Of a stretch of DNA of 26,983 bases, positions 25,560-26,983 are shown one piece after another. The position numbers and the translations under genes are program-made. The notes under the pieces are model-generated. The model worked only from the letters and a program-made list of their open reading frames with translations, was not told the origin of the DNA and ran no database searches. This DNA comes from a virus (taxonomy: Duplodnaviria > Caudoviricetes), in IMG/VR virus record IMGVR_UViG_3300020045_007198, positions 1-26,983 of that record, one strand, 5' to 3'. The stretch's first letter is position 1, and every line of letters begins with the position of its first letter.

Positions 25560-25996
25560 GTTGTAAAGTTTTCTCAAATTTTCTTTATAACACAGTTACT
25601 TTTAGGCATTGTAACATTCATTTTTCGTTTAAACCTCCTTTCTTGGTATCGGATAGAATTGCAACTATCCGATATTTTATGTTTTTGTAGTGAGTTTAGT
25701 TCATGTGAAAATGACTTTAATTCACTACAAAGATATTTTAAAAGGTATCTTTAGAGTTATTGCCTTAAGCAATAGATGATGGATTTCTTATTTTACAAGT
25801 TTTCTATTCATGTAAACTCCTTAAGTGGACTACTTGAAATGTCTCTGAACCACATTAAAAAAAGGTGATTTAAAAGCTAGACTAATACTTAATCTGATTA
25901 GTCAAAATATCTTAATTGGGATAATTATTTTTAAAATAATGAAAGTTATGACGATAACAAGTAATTATTTTTCTAGGTTACCCAGACTTATTCGAA
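25560..25996 (+). ncRNA. Candidate structured non-coding RNA(s) upstream of tRNA-Gln
   Basis: No credible long ORF; successive hairpins at 25560-25591, 25595-25615, 25647-25674, 25684-25731, 25729-25752, 25758-25774, 25792-25816, 25880-25903, 25933-25971; G-U pairs favour the + strand. Confidence 0.5.
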
Positions 25997-26078
25997 TTAA
26001 GATATTAATAGCTTAAATTTGCAAAGCTAGATTCATTGGAATCTTGTTGCGAGGGTGGCATCTTGCTTAATATCTTAA
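25997..26078 (+). ncRNA. tRNA-like cloverleaf element (tRNA mimic or pseudo-tRNA)
   Basis: Acceptor-like ATATTAA/TTAATAT (extends to 12 bp), TA, D stem GCTT/AAGC, anticodon-like stem AGATT/AATCT, variable TGTT, T stem GCGAG/CTTGC; no TTC loop, no CCA. Confidence 0.55.
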
Positions 26079-26082
26079 CTAT

Positions 26083-26159
26083 TGAGGAATAGTTCAACTG
26101 GAAAGAACATTACACTTTGACTGTAAATGTTGTAGGTTCGAGTCCTACTTCCTCATCCA
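26083..26159 (+). tRNA. tRNA-Gln (anticodon TTG), CCA encoded
   Basis: TGAGGAA/TTCCTCA acceptor, GTTC/GAAC D stem, TTACA-CTTTGAC-TGTAA anticodon arm (TTG 26117-26119), GTAGG-TTCGAGT-CCTAC T arm, T-CCA end. Confidence 0.95.
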
Positions 26160-26215
26160 CTTTATTACCAATCGTAACACTTCTCAAATTTAACCTCAAT
26201 AAAAATCAAAAATCA

Positions 26216-26244
26216 TTTACAACTTTTAAAAATATAGTTATAGT
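26216..26244 (+). promoter_or_regulatory. Promoter for the rightmost accessory operon
   Basis: TTTACA-N17-TATAGT, 30 nt before ATG 26274. Confidence 0.6.
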
Positions 26245-26273
26245 TTGGATATTAAAAATTAAGGAGCTTTAAA

Positions 26274-26459
26274 ATGAAAGTAGAGTTAATAGTAGGTACT
26301 GGATATACTGGTTGTACTTATAGAAAAACTATATATTTAGATGAGGAAGATTTAGATAATAAAGATACACAACAAATAGAAAATTTATTACAAGAAATGG
26401 CACAAGATTATATGTTTGAAGTAATAGATTGTGGCTATAAAATAATAGAGGAGAACTAA
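26274..26459 (+). CDS. Small acidic phage hypothetical protein
   Basis: 61 aa, AAGGAG SD; VGTGY.GC motif followed by an acidic helix. Confidence 0.75.
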   Translation: MKVELIVGTGYTGCTYRKTIYLDEEDLDNKDTQQIENLLQEMAQDYMFEVIDCGYKIIEEN

Positions 26460-26460
26460 A

Positions 26461-26565
26461 ATGATTCACTTCATTATGATTATATTACACTTATGTGCAG
26501 TATTTACTTATCCGTATGCTTTGTTCTTAACTATCTGCGTTCATTTATTATTGATTAAGAAGTAA
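26461..26565 (+). CDS. Small hydrophobic membrane peptide (34 aa, MIHFIMIILHLCAVFTYPYALFLTICVHLLLIKK), not in ORF track
   Basis: GAGGAG SD; exactly fills the gap between neighbouring ORFs. Confidence 0.65.
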   Translation: MIHFIMIILHLCAVFTYPYALFLTICVHLLLIKK

Positions 26566-26568
26566 GAT

Positions 26569-26826
26569 ATGGAATTAATAGTAAAAGAAAAAACATATTA
26601 CATTGACTTAGTAGGTCAATCACATGACACAAAAGAAAAAGCCGAACAATCTAACCACGATATACATTTAAAGTTTAGAGAATATATATCAGAAGAAATG
26701 TTTATCACTTTTGAAGATGGAAGATTAGATAAACTAGCTACAACCTTAAATCTTTGGAATTATTTAGATTATACTAGCGATTGTATAAAATCAGTTTTTC
26801 AAGAAATGAAAACAAGAACTAAATAG
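26569..26826 (+). CDS. Hypothetical protein
   Basis: 85-aa ORF coupled to the previous stop; followed by a hairpin. Confidence 0.7.
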   Translation: MELIVKEKTYYIDLVGQSHDTKEKAEQSNHDIHLKFREYISEEMFITFEDGRLDKLATTLNLWNYLDYTSDCIKSVFQEMKTRTK

Positions 26827-26846
26827 GATTTTATTCCTATTTAGTT
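26817..26846. terminator. Terminator-like hairpin
   Basis: AACTAAATAGGA-TTTTAT-TCCTATTTAGTT, 12-bp stem. Confidence 0.7.
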
Positions 26847-26983
26847 ATAAAACTATTTAAAGACTCATATAATATGTAAATAATCAAACTTTTATAATAT
26901 GTGATTTCCCATATTATAATTAAACTACCTAAATATCAATTTTTTATCATATTTTATTTAATATTTTATTTATGTATTAATTT

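Noticed and set aside
25542-25754. 70-aa + strand ORF
   Set aside because: Its ATG lies inside the predicted promoter, upstream of the likely start site, has no SD, and runs across stable hairpins
25878-25903. Group I intron P7-like GACTA/TAGTC pair
   Set aside because: Strands are only 14 nt apart, too close to hold P3 and P8, and no interrupted gene is evident
26083-26159. tRNA as prophage attachment site or host boundary
   Set aside because: Genes on both sides have the same phage-like style, and there is no integrase or duplicated tRNA 3' end in the window; cannot be fully excluded
25571-26191. 11-bp direct repeat TTCTCAAATTT at 25571 and 26181 as a target-site duplication
   Set aside because: Short and AT-rich, and the first copy is inside the putative RNA; plausible by chance
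26892-26919. Inverted repeat TTATAATATG-N8-CATATTATAA near the window end
   Set aside because: Very AT-rich and context is truncated; no function can be assigned
1-26983. CRISPR array, diversity-generating retroelement, IS element, integron attC array, intein or stop-codon recoding
   Set aside because: No regularly spaced repeats and no reverse transcriptase, transposase or integrase seen; terminase, portal and capsid are of normal size and read through in the standard code

Overview
A near-complete virion morphogenesis and lysis module of an AT-rich, long-non-contractile-tailed (siphovirus-type) phage or prophage. Gene order: small and large terminase, portal, SPP1 gp7-like minor head protein, scaffold, major capsid, head-tail joining genes, tail tube, tail assembly chaperone with a GGGAAAC -1 frameshift, 1493-aa tape measure, a compact tail tip, a beta-helix tailspike, three membrane/holin-like genes and an M15 peptidase endolysin. 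Small accessory genes and a tRNA-Gln(UUG) follow. The gnTATAAT promoter style and low GC suggest a Campylobacterota (Arcobacter-like) host; this is inference only. Two things stand out. (1) The late region is not one long operon. Most structural genes have their own GnTATAAT box, and the head/neck module is repeatedly interrupted by small accessory cassettes, four of them antisense, that share promoter, RBS and terminator sequences. (2) A roughly 520-nt hairpin-dense non-coding region with its own promoter lies directly upstream of the tRNA. It has two anti-Shine-Dalgarno/anti-start segments complementary to the initiation regions of the inserted genes, and it ends in a tRNA-shaped cloverleaf lacking T-psi-C and CCA. 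All protein calls come from motif recognition and synteny, not database searches.
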